DNA of 64,000 bases from Ramazzottius varieornatus. Taxonomy: Eukaryota > Animalia > Tardigrada. The stretch covers positions 641,552-705,551 of the forward strand of contig BDGG01000011.1 in the NCBI GenBank assembly GCA_001949185.1, read 5' to 3'. Under the pieces are notes generated by a model, which was not told the DNA's origin, ran no database searches, and worked only from the letters and a program-made list of their open reading frames with translations. Position numbers and translations under genes: made by a program. Positions 11,468 to 25,327 of this stretch are shown here, piece after piece. Position 1 is the first letter of the stretch; every line of letters begins with the position of its first letter.

Positions 11468-14400
11468 TCAAACGATCTGTGAGCATTGTGTCATGTGCGA
11501 AATGTCTCCTTGGCCACGCTGAACGGAGAGTGGCGAGCGAGAAGCCGAGGGTGAGGGCGACAAGCACGTCATTTGGGTATCCCCGTTCTCAGCTTGTTCT
11601 CGTCGAGCCATCTGCGGCAAGAGGGACGCGGCAGTCCGCAGGTTGCACGTCTTGTCCGCGTTCTCCGCTGGCGCCGTCGGTGGCAGACGATACTGCATCA
11701 GCGTGTTGGCTGACGGTCCGCTGCTTCGGCGGAAGAGGCCAAAGAGACCCGAGCGATTCTGCTCGGCTGCCACAGCGTTTGGTACTTTCTTGCTGGTTCC
11801 TTTGGTTTTGGCTTTAGGTGCGGGGACTTGAGCGGCAGGAGGGGGAGTGGTGGCAAGAGCAGGACCGCCGGTATCGTCCGAACGAGACTGCAGCAGGCTT
11901 TCGGCGTTTTGCAGGATTCGCGCACGCGTACCGCTGCTCATTTCCGGCGGTGAAGGGCTACAGTACAGAATATTCAGTACGCTCGGAAGATGACACTTCA
12001 TCAGAACATATGACCAGCAGAAACCAAGAATGAAAGTTTTGCTAGTTCTAGAAAGTCGCAACGTCAACTGGAAGCTCGACCAACGAACTCAACAAAATCG
12101 TTGTCAAGAGTGGCGCAAGCTCCCAGTCAAAAACACTGATAAAGTGCGCCACTTGGGAGAATTCTATTGTACAACACTGTTTCCAACCAAGAGACGCACG
12201 GTCGCAGTCTTATTGGCTAAAATAGTGCGTTAATTAAATTTTTTCGCGATCGTTTGTCCAACTCCCAATTTAACTCAGAATAAAAGTGTCATTACCTGGC
12301 TACTTTTGCCTTGCCCAAGAGATTTTTTCCTTGAGGCTGCAGTTCGTCCGATGATTCGCACTTGTTATTCCGTTCGTTGCAAGGATTGCGACCTTGATGG
12401 GGCTGGATGTCACCTGAAGGATGGTGAACAGGCAAGGGAGTATTCCAGTTGGTCAGCGCTGATGGCGGACCTCGCTCCAGCATGCCACGAAGTTCGTTGA
12501 CGTTCTTGGTTGGTGGACGGGTAATATCCGGCACTGAAAATGGGAAAAAAGCAGTCTACCACCGCACCACACAAGGGTGACTGAGATTATTTACCATGAG
12601 TATCAGCCGTCAGCAAGGACGACGTTTCCGTCACATTCTCTCCAGTCTCCTCATCGACACCCACCTTCTCCTCCCCATCTCTTTGGGCTTTCTCGTCTGG
12701 CTTTCCCGTTCCAGTACTCGGGCTGACACCGGGCCAGTCCTGCATCAAGCGCATCTCCACACAGTTGGCCGTCAGCCGCGCTTCAGCGTCCCCATCCCAG
12801 CATTCCTCCATCGTCTCCAGCAGGAAGTTAACAGTCTCGTCCTTCTTCCGAGTGGGCGCTAGCAACGGTCGAGCTTTTTTTCGAGCCACCAACGTCTGCA
12901 TCTGGACGAATGTCGGGTGCAGACCGGCTTCGGCTTGGAAAGGCAGCTGGTATTCCGGCGCGACGTGATCTGCGGAAAAATAACTGTCATGCCGTATTAA
13001 CATAACAACATAACAGCCTAAATTCACATTGTCGTCTTACATGACAAAAATTATACCTGTGCTATTACATTACGTAACAACTTGATACTCTGACATAAAA
13101 TTTCTGATCTCATGTGACATAACAACACGACAGCCTAACACGATACTTACTTTGGTACAGTTCTCTACAGCGTGAGGCCATTTCCCACAGGACGAGCCCG
13201 AACGCGTACATGTCGACCTGCCTCAAAGCCGTGGCACTGTCCCGAAGATTGAGACTTCCCTCCAGTACTTCAGGAGCCATGTAGCGGATGGTGCCGACAT
13301 CGTTGAGAATAGTCTGTTCGTAGCTGGTGCTGCCGCCACTCTTCTCTCCGCTGCCTTTGCTGCTTTTGCTGCCTTGTGACGATTCCGGTGCATTCTTCTC
13401 AGCTACTTGAGCGAAGGCCGTTTGTAGGGGAAGGGCGAAGCCCATGTCGCAGATACACAGTCGGTAGTCGCCGCGGACCAGAATGTTGCGAGAATTGAAA
13501 TCCCGATGGGCAATGCCAGGCTTGAGACAACCTACGATATTTACAGGGCGTTACTAAATTATCTAGACTGACAACGAGGATCTCTTACCGTTGCCTTGGT
13601 CGTTGAGAAACTCGGTATGGAGAAAGGATATGCCACTGGCCAGCGACAGCGACATGCGTCGAAGTAAGGTCATATCGATGGATGATTGCTTCAGGTATTC
13701 AACCAGCGTCTTGTTGCAGTGGTACTCAACCAACAGCCAGTATTCCACCACCATACCTGCAATCACACCCGGTAAAACACCCTCAGCTTATCGAAAGACT
13801 AATTCAACGCTAGGCAAAAGACCTCGACAAAACTATCAAGTGGCGCACGACTTCAGTGTTATTCGCCGAATCGTGCGTCGCTTGGGAAAACGATCTTGTT
13901 CAGTTTCTTAAAGTGGCGCACACTTGCGGTGATACTGGCGAGAAGCGTGCGCCACTTGAAAGAACGGAATTCACTAATCAGTTTGAGAAGTCGCATCATA
14001 TGTCGAGAGGGAATCTTTTGCGGAATCACCGTCAGACAAGGAAATTTTGGAACTTAATGATATGGAATTTAAGGAAATGTATTTTTTTGTGGTATTACCG
14101 TCGGCATTACGAAGGTCGGTGGCGGCCAGGAACTTGAGGACAGAGTCGTGGCTGTTCATCAGTGGCAGAGTATAGACCCGGCACTCATTCATGAAACACT
14201 CCTTGTGTTTCGAGTCAAACTTCTTGACAGCTACCGTTTGTCCGCGAACGGTAGCCCTGAAGACCTCACCGTAACGACCATTTGCCAGTCTCTCCCCAAT
14301 CTGCACCTCTTCCTCCTCCTCCTCTCCATTCAACATCCCCGCTTCCACATCCTTGTTGGCACGAGCCAAGGGTGGCGCTACGGATTTCAGCCGGATACTT

Positions 14401-15990
14401 CCTGGGAAAACTTCGCTCAGACCTGAAAGTAGAACACAGCTTTTCACAGATCGAACGAAGGTGAAAGTTAAAAAGTCTCGTTACAGAGTGGCTTATTCTC
14501 CTCGGCCTCTTTCAGCGCATCCATCTTCTTGCGGCGTTTTTCGCGGTAGCAAAGAAACAGAATGGCCAAGCTGAGGACGACGGTAATGATGGAAGCCATG
14601 GCCAAGATCGCTACCATCCACGGTTGGAGGTTGGTGAAAAGACCGGTGGCAGTCCTGACTTCTTCGGTGGCTGGAGACATGGTTCCTGGAAGGATACTGC
14701 TGTTGAGGTACTCTTCAGAAGGAGGAGCGGCTGTTGCTTCCGGAATCAAGAAGGAGCTGGTCACATTGATGTTACAATGACTTTCGTTGCAGCAGCAATG
14801 ATTGATGGGCGCTTGTTTGGGGATCTTTCTTGGTGGACCTTTCGCGAAGCAAGTAGCAAAGCGACACGGCAAATTCAGCTCTTCACTATTCTGTACGGCC
14901 TTGCATCCTGCAAGTATAAGCATCATCAGATAGGATCAGATGAAATGGCCGATAACATCGGCAACATGCGCCACGTGGACAAGCGACATTGTAGAATTTG
15001 TCCAGAGTTGCGCTCGTCATCGGTGCTATCTGCTAGAAGCGTGCGCCACTTAGACAAACAACCTTCTCAGTTTGTCCAAGTGGCGCACGTTGCTAATGTT
15101 ACCGAGAGAAGGGGTGCGCCACTTGAGAAAATAATCTGTTCGAGCTTGTCCGGTTAGCTTCAAAATATTATAGGCAGATCTGGACTGTGTAACGTTTTAC
15201 GTTACCTGCAAACTTGATAGAGATTTCCGCGTTGGCATTGCTGGTGTTGGTCTCGTTGTCGCTTGGCAAGACCGACCAGACCGCCTCGCAAAAGTACTGG
15301 CGATCCGTGTCGCAGTGCATGATGGAGATACCCGTCTCTATGTCGGTATAGACGATGCCATAGGCTTTGTAAGCTTTGGGACTCATGGGCACCGTCAGCG
15401 TCCTGTTATAGGCTGCCATTGCTCCTTCCAGCACTTTCAACGTTACCGATGATTGCTTCACGGCAACATTGTCGGTGTACAAGCACATGACTTGCGGCCA
15501 CTCTTCCACTTCATCCTCGTAATCCGGCTCCAACGTTGTAGTCCTTACACCAGCCCCTGAAATCACAAGAATGGGGTTATATACTGGATGCAGTAACCTT
15601 AGAAGGAACCAGTTGATTGCTGAGAAAGCGCTCGCAATCGATTATCAGATTCTTAGCATTCCGCATCATCCAGAAAATCATCACCCTGCCGACAGGACGT
15701 CTATTTGGGCGCCATTTGTCCTGAAATGCTAGCAGCCGGAATGGATCCCCGCATACTGCGGGGCATACCGTACGAGCAATTATCCAGCTACAAGCTTTTG
15801 CAAGATCCAAAGCACCCACAATTTCAGCAGAACCAAAACGAAGAAACAGCAGAGCGGCATTCAACTTTGTCATCTTACGTAGTCCGGTTTTATCCGGTTG
15901 GGTCCGGGATAAAGGTAGAAAGCATAGGAGAAGGAGAGCGCCAAGAAGGGCCATAGGGGAAAATGCCATGCTATTCGGACGGTGGAGCAT
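11468..15990 (-). CDS. wit: BMP type II receptor Ser/Thr kinase (BMPR2/wishful thinking) with long C-terminal tail
   Basis: Signal peptide, Cys-rich ectodomain ending HCCCNESHCN, and TM helix. Kinase motifs: GRYGEV, VAVKKF, HRDFNSRNILV, VGTIRYMAPEVLEGSLNLRD, PEYQLPFQAEAGLHPTF, EECWDGDAEARLTANC. Tail motif QPHQGRNPCNERN. Start could be 15990 or 15969. Confidence 0.92.
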
Positions 15991-16509
15991 CTTTCAGAAC
16001 TGCGACGTCAACAATCGCCATCAGGATGCTGTGCGTTCCACTCTGTACTTCCGAAAGGTATTTTCCTATGACCTAACTGCACGGAAATATTGCAGTGACG
16101 CTCGATAATCGATATCCTCGGAGAGTATTCCAGGACTCTAGGACAAGAAGTCTAGACTGCTGGCAGTGGCTGCAAAGTGTACATGAGAGCGAAGCGGCTT
16201 CGTTATGAGCATCCTTACACGACGCGGCTTGACCTGGAATGCTTTACCAGTTGGACAAAGACGTGACGGCATGCTCCGTCTGGTATCGCATCGCTTGGGT
16301 TACTATGAAGCTGCGCTTGATTGTTGATTGGCGTAACATCTCCAACTTCTTGATTTCCTGCGGAAATTTCCTCATATTTTATCACTCGCGTCTTGTTCTG
16401 TTATTAAAGCTTTCTTTCTCGGTTCAAAAGCAACAATTTCCACGACACAGGAGTGCATATCGACGATGGCGTGAAGACCTGACCTCCAAGGTACCAGTTG
16501 GGGCAGACG

Positions 16510-17371
16510 ATGGGACGGAGCGGTGTCGTTCTGCTGATTCGCAGTCTACGCCATTCATCTCTTTCTTGCCAGCCGGTCCTCTCCACTTCTCAAAGATTCC
16601 TCAGCACCTTATGCTCCAGCTCCTTTCTTTCCTACCCGTCGCATTCACCACTTACGCCCTCTCTAAAGTCTCTCTGCAGCGAAAAGTTTTCTGCGGGGCA
16701 GCTGTACTTTGCCATTCCCAAGAATGGAACACCGACGTCAGGTGTGCCGTCAGCCACTCAGGCACATCCTTCCACTCCCGCAGGCAAGGACGTTTCTTCC
16801 GAAAATAAGCTAGATAAACCCATGACAAACTGGGAAAAGTTCAAGGATATGTACAAGAAGTATTGGTATGTTTTGGTGCCTGTTCACGGCATCCTCTGCA
16901 TCGTCTTCATGGTGGCGCTGTACTATATGGTCAAAAGGTACGTTCATTTCCGCTGGGATCAAGTGGCGCACTTTCTTTGGAATGCTCTCTAACTAACTCC
17001 ACGTTGCCGCCGAGCTGACTTTAAGCTTTTTATTTTGCAGTGGTGTGGACGTGGTGTCTTTCTTGGAGAAGCTAGGACTTCCGGAAAGGTTTATAGCGCC
17101 TTTACGGAAGAGTGGTGCAACGGCGTATATTGCTGCGGCTTACGCAGTTTATCATTTGATATCTCCTATCCGGTATGCCGTAACATTAGGGGCTACTACT
17201 CTGGCCATTACGTACCTTAAACGCTTCGGATACATCAAGCCAGTTCCCAGCAGGGCGCAGGTTAGCAAGTTTGTCTCCGACAAGCGGGAAAGTGCTTCGC
17301 AGAAAGTCCGCGTATTTTCCAATCGACTCACGAATAAACGAGAAACCGGAAAACGCCACGATAAGAAATAG
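16510..17371 (+). CDS. FAM210: FAM210/DUF1279 mitochondrial membrane protein
   Basis: Arg/Ser/Leu-rich presequence-like N-terminus, then KFKDMYKKYWYVLVPVH..YYMVK|SGVDVVSFLEKLGL..AYAVYHLISPIRYAVTLGAT. Intron 16938-17040. Start uncertain. Confidence 0.85.
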
Positions 17372-18068
17372 ATGCTGTAATATACCATGTCTACTTCTGA
17401 TGTTTTTTGTTGCTGTCGTGTGTGACTGCTTTGTATAGAAATACTTCCATAGAATGTAGCCCTGTGACGGGCGTCGTCCGTCTTTTGCGATCGAATTCTG
17501 TTCAGACCGCAGTTTGCTGTTTTCATGGATTACTCTGAGATGTCTGGTGACGCTTCTGTTCTGGTGGTAAGCACTGCCAACGGCACTGCTGCTGTGAACA
17601 AAGAAGAGCGTCTTCAGTCTGACGCGGTAAATAACCAAAAAACATCGAAGAACCAGCAAGGAGCGAACTTCCGGGATATTCGGGGCCTTCTGAAATTTGA
17701 CTTGTCGGAGTAAAAATTCATGGTCATTGCAAGAGTAATAGGTTTCACCGTACTCCCGGCGCGGACCAGGCATTTGCTTTGGACGTCGGACTTTGGAAGG
17801 TGGAACCAATTGGTGAAACTTTGGAAGATCGAACATCTGGGTCCTTGAATTCTTTGAACTGAGAAACTCTGGGCTATAGCGGCTGTACTCTGTAAGTCTG
17901 TACTCGGCCGAGCCTGCGCTGTCCGCGGATTCTTGATTTGTTTGCTTGTCAATTCGCCAGTTTTACTTTACTGCTCTGAATCTGATGGTGCAACTTCCTC
18001 CCTGAATCCTGACGTTCGTCTTAATTTGCCACTTGCCAGTCCCTCTCATCCGACACTTCTACAGCAGA

Positions 18069-19905
18069 ATGAAGTTCCGGAGCAAGATTTCAGACGTGGG
18101 AAGTATCCAGCATCTGTATCGGGTGTTGGTGACGATCGGTCGGCTATCAGATGGCAACGTTCTGCTTCGCATCGCGCCTGCTCGCTTCTGCATCTTCTCC
18201 AAGATGTCCCCAACGTCAGGAAGTTGCTTCGTTATCGCTGACATCAAGCCTGTAAGTATTGAACTGATCCTGTGCGGACGCTGTCTGTGTAATCCGATTT
18301 TCCATTGCAGGACATGCTCTTCGACGAATTCCTGATGACCGGTTACGCTTCCGATGCCAATGAGATCTACCTGGAACTCAAAGTCGACACGCTCATCCAG
18401 AGCCTCAAGATACCTTCGCAGAAAGCCAAGTGCTTGAAGATCAAGCTGACCAACAAGGCTGGACCTTCGCTGACCGTTGAAGCTGAACTGGTGAGCACTG
18501 AGTTCAAAAAGTTTCCGGTTGGTTTCCGGTTGGCCGTTGTTCGGAGCGAGCATGCAGAGCGGAGCGTGGCGTCATGGGTGCACGGCGCTGCCACGTTGGG
18601 GTTCTCAACTAACATCTTATTTTCGTTGGTGACGGCACACGCTGATTCAGTTGACATAATATGACAGGATTATTTTCACAAGTGGCGCACGTTCCCAGTA
18701 TATTAGCCGGAAACGTGCGCCACTTGAGAAACACGATCTGGGCGAGTATTCTTTTGCCAGGGTCCCGTATTTCGGGCTTGTGCTGGAGCTATCGATATTG
18801 GGCAGAGCGATCTGATATCATTATGTTCCCATTCTTTCTCTTAGCCTTCCGTTGTGGCCGCTTCCCGGAGATCTGTCTTCGACGTTCCTGTCCAAATTGT
18901 TCACCGCAACCTGTGGGCATCGGTAACGCCGGCGGAGGAAATTCCGTCCAGTGTAGGTCTGCAGCGCCGGTTTCTTTCTAGTTCCGTGACTTCGTTCGAG
19001 TTACCATCAGTGATAATCAGTTAAAACCTCTTGCTGCTTTTACAGATTTCCTGCTACATGCCACCTTTCAAGTCACTGAAGGCCGTCGTCGACCGGATGC
19101 GCCTGACGCGTCAACATAACTTACAGGTAAGAAGGCAGTAAGTTCCAAAGAAGCTCGACACAGAAATACGATACAGAATAAATTAAAAATCGTGATCGTT
19201 TGGAATTTGTAGTTATCCGTGAATAAGTATGGCGAATTACGGATTCGGGTTGGCGACAACACGGAAGGATACAGTGCTTGTACCCGCTTCCCGGATATTG
19301 AGTTCCCCGAAGGTTGGTGCTCTAAAGGTGTTCCAGGATACATTTCAGCAGTAAACCACGGTCCCATAGTCTACCTTTACAGCGGATGACCGCCATGAAC
19401 CAGAGCAAATCACCGACGAAGAGCGGGAAGAAGTGCAGCGCAAGGGCGAGTTCTACTCGTCCATCGTCGATCTGCGAACCTTCGCTGCTTTCCTGACGGC
19501 TCTCCAGTTTCCCACAACCAGAATGCGCTGCGGTATGAGCTCCTTACTCTTTTCGCGTGAGAGTTCGGCTAACAAAGTCGACAAGATTGTTTCTTTGAGT
19601 GGCGCACGCGTGCAGTGTTGTTAGCTGGAAGCGTGCGCCACTTTGGAAAACGATTTTTGTCGTGCTTCGCTTCTCAATTTCTCACGTTTACTGCGAGTAA
19701 AGCCCAAACTCGTGTGCACGCCTTGTAAAAACAATCTTGTGGAGACCTTTGCCGTACGTGTTCCCGTACAGTTCTGCGTTCTTAGTTTCATGACTGTTCG
19801 CTGTTCACAGATGTGCGCCACCATAAGTCCCTGTTGTTCTCGATGGGTACTTCGGACTTTTGTCTGCGATACTTCGTTCCCGCTGTTGACTCAGGCAACT
19901 ATTGA
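18069..19905 (+). CDS. HUS1: Checkpoint clamp 9-1-1 subunit HUS1
   Basis: MKFRSKISD.., FDEFLMTGYASDANEIYLEL, KCLKIKLTNKAGPSLTVEAEL, FDVPVQIV..LW, ISCYMPPFKSLKAVVDRM, VNKYGELRI, VDLRTFAAFL, C-terminal LRYFVPAV. About 7 exons. Confidence 0.9.
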
Positions 19906-20193
19906 AACCTGTTCTTCTCTTCCCTTTCTTACTGTTACTTAGATTCTTATTCTGGTTTCTCGTTTCCTATGTACATGCCGAACATTACTTCATGACTGAC
20001 TAGTGTATAGCCGTGATGGAGAGGAGACGTTCACCATGTGTGGTTTTACCTAGACTAAATAAAGAAGATGATCAAAGAAAATAGTGAACATTGCGTCTTG
20101 ACAGTGCGACTGATCGATTATACAAAGAAACGAAGAACAAAGTCAATAGTGTGTAGGAGAACCGTACTGATGATGGTCGAACAGACAGACAGT

Positions 20194-22448
<2,255 letters not shown>

Positions 22449-23056
22449 TTAGGTCTGGAGGGGAGATGCGTCTGTAAAGAGATAGAAAACAGGACAAGCG
22501 TTAGGTCCGGAAGGAAAGCTGGAATGGAGCTACTGACAGACAAAACTTTTCTGCCTTCCGATGAAGCCTTCATGCAAGTTGCGCAGTTGAGCGAAGCGGC
22601 ATCGTTCAGTTGTACGTCTCGTACGTCATCGGCCACTCTTTCACCGTAAAAGGCAAGGGCGCGTACGCCAGCTGACGTCACGGTTAAGTAGATGGTACGC
22701 TCTCCCTACTTGGTCATATCACAAATTACGTACACACACCATATCACTTGTCAAATATTCCACACTGATAACACGCGTCCCATCGCTCCTATCAAGGAGA
22801 TACTCTGGTGAATGTGTCCCTCGTCTGTCATGTCTTCCATCTTGACATAGCTACGGCTTGACAGCGATATGCACCAAGAGCAAATAGAGGTATGAAATAT
22901 TGCCATGTAAGGCGTTATAGGCGACCACCAAAATATCCGTTCTTCGGTTCCCTCACTGTGGCGAGCCCGAGGACCTCTTTAAACCCCTGTTGGGGTTTTC
23001 GAAAAACCAATTGCCCTTTTTTTATGGAAATGCGTATGTAATAGGGAGTAAACTAT

Positions 23057-23077
23057 ATTGTTGTTGTTGTTGTTGTT
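23057..23077. repeat. (TTG)n microsatellite
   Basis: About 6 TTG units in the actin 5' intron. Confidence 0.7.
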
Positions 23078-24164
23078 CTTCGGTAGCTGGATTATGAAAT
23101 GAATCACACACAACCGGAAATTAGTCACAGATAGCCAACAACGCCCTGCTTATGAGAAATGGCTACACAGTATAGTGCTGTAATGCAATGGGCGACGATG
23201 CAGAAATCACCCTACAAGGATGCAATGCCGAGTTCATTGTTGGCTGACCACGTCAAGGACAAATATTGATTAATGGTAATGGAAACTGATCGGCCCCATT
23301 GCCTGACCATGACCAACGCTATCAAATCATTGGGTCGATATGCATTGTCTGCATTCTCGAATTTTCCATGTAGCACAGCTAGACACATACCAGCAATGGA
23401 TCAAAAGCCTGACACTGCATGGTGGGGGACTGGTAGCGGTGAAAAAGCTGCTACTTCCGCCATCAATGAACTGACCCTCAAACATAGACGTAGCTGAGTT
23501 ACAGGTAGCGAAGTCGAGCGACCCATTGAGCGAGCTAGGCTGTCACGGGGTGCTGAGCACGATTGTCTTCGGTATGCGACAAGAAGAGTCAAAGCAGACG
23601 GTGCGGAATGTCTTCAACATGGCGGAAGGAAGGCAGGTGTTGTCAGCAACATGTTTGGCCGGTCAAATGTCCTCACATCAATATTGAAAATGGCCGTTAA
23701 CTTTTCTTGCACTCACACTCGACCGCCACGACTCTCTTCGTAGGAGGTTCTCGGCGACCAACCAAACGCTCTAGGTTCTCTCCTATCCTAACTCCAGATT
23801 CGACTGCTTTCGCTCGCAAAAACTATGCCGAGGTGTCTGCATGGCGGAAGACTGTTCAGAAAATGTCCAAAGATATTCAGGAAGTCGGTAAATGGATTCG
23901 CCGAGATTGTCGTCTCAAATGACGCGCGTTCGTACTGTCACTTGCAGGCATCGTGCGCCATTTCGGAAATCAATCTGGCGAATTCATTTGCAACGTGTCT
24001 TACAGAGAAGAACCTGCTTGGAAACCTCCTTCGAGCCTTCTAACCCAGGGAGGTTCTTCTTAACTTCGCTATGCGGCGGACCTGGTAAAGGAACTTCCAA
24101 AAGCCAATGTGCCGGGAAATAATCAACATTTGACAGTGAGTTCGCTAAGTGCGAAGAGTCTTAC

Positions 24165-24414
24165 CGGAAACTGAAGATATCCAATTAGGGGCTTCAGAGA
24201 TGAGGATTAGTCCCGAGATGCTGTAAGTCACTTCAACGATGAGGAGGCGGCTATACTAAATCACCACGATGGTGTTGGAGGCGGATGAGGGTAGAGAGAC
24301 TGCAAACTAAGAGGCCAATGTACCAAACAATGTTATACGACTCTTTACTCTTTACTTGTGAGTTGTGACTATGAATCGAAGATCAGTAGCTGATGTGCCA
24401 TGATGTTTTATATA
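24165..24414 (-). promoter_or_regulatory. Probable actin promoter and non-coding first exon
   Basis: Minus-strand TATATAAAA at 24406-24414, donor G|GTAAGA at 24165/24164, acceptor CAG at 22472-22474 just upstream of the actin ATG. A 5'UTR intron is typical of animal actin genes. Confidence 0.55.
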
Positions 24415-25327
24415 TGTACGTATGCTTCTTCACCATGGGCTAAACCGGCAGAGTCTTTCTGACGATGACGATGACCATGACACATGCCATGACTCGTTTC
24501 CGGCTAAACCGCTTTCATGACGTGAAAAGTGCGGCCACTACCATGTTTGAAACATCAAGCTGTGCAGAATAGCTCGTCCTGCAGTGCGAGGAATCTGTTT
24601 GCCGTATCACCCGATGATGATCCGTCATCGTCCGCCGGTCCGCGTGTTACTGCCTTGTCCAAAGTTAGCGAGAAAGGGTCGCTGTAGGCGATTTAGCGGC
24701 TTCGGCTTTGCTGACTTGATCGAGCTTTACTGTACACATGTAAAGGACAAACAAATGCACAGAATAACTTAGGCTTCTGATGTGTGACCGAAAGAACCGG
24801 CGAACCCAAACAGACGCAACATACAAGTCGAAGACCTACGTCACCTTGCAAACGCTCCAGCTCGCTGCGTAGTGCGGATAGGTCACAGGAGGGATGGATA
24901 AGCCAACAGGTTGCGGATCTGGAACATTCACTTAGTATAAAATCCAAGGTGTGTTTCGTGGACCTGTGGCCTGAAACATGGTTAACGATTAAATGGTCCG
25001 CGCAAGAAAATTGCACTCACGACGGCTAAGAAAGTCTGCTGGATAAAAGCGGAAAGGGTATGTCATATTACGCCTGACGTGTGCTGAATTTTTGGTGACG
25101 TAATGACGGCCTTACCTGACAGTGTTAAGCTTACTTGTTAGCATGTCATGCAAACTGTAGTAATGGTCATTCCGGGCACGATATGCCGCGTCAGCTGTTT
25201 TGTTTTGCTTCGCCTGGAGTGTTGGATATCCGTTGAACTTATCTTGCCATCCTCCGAGACAGATCTCACGAGGTAACTAGGAGGAAGAAGAGGCTTTGTT
25301 CCGAGATAAGTCTGGACAGCAGCCGGG

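Noticed and set aside
11468-15990. Repeat core TGGCGC as a BMP/Smad response element linked to wit
   Set aside because: The core occurs in nearly all genes of the window, lacks the canonical GGCGCC plus GTCT pairing, and is not enriched at wit.
17186-17952. Minus-strand ORFs between FAM210 and HUS1, and plus ORF 17525..17713
   Set aside because: No recognisable motif or splice structure, and partly antisense to FAM210. I cannot support a gene without transcript data.
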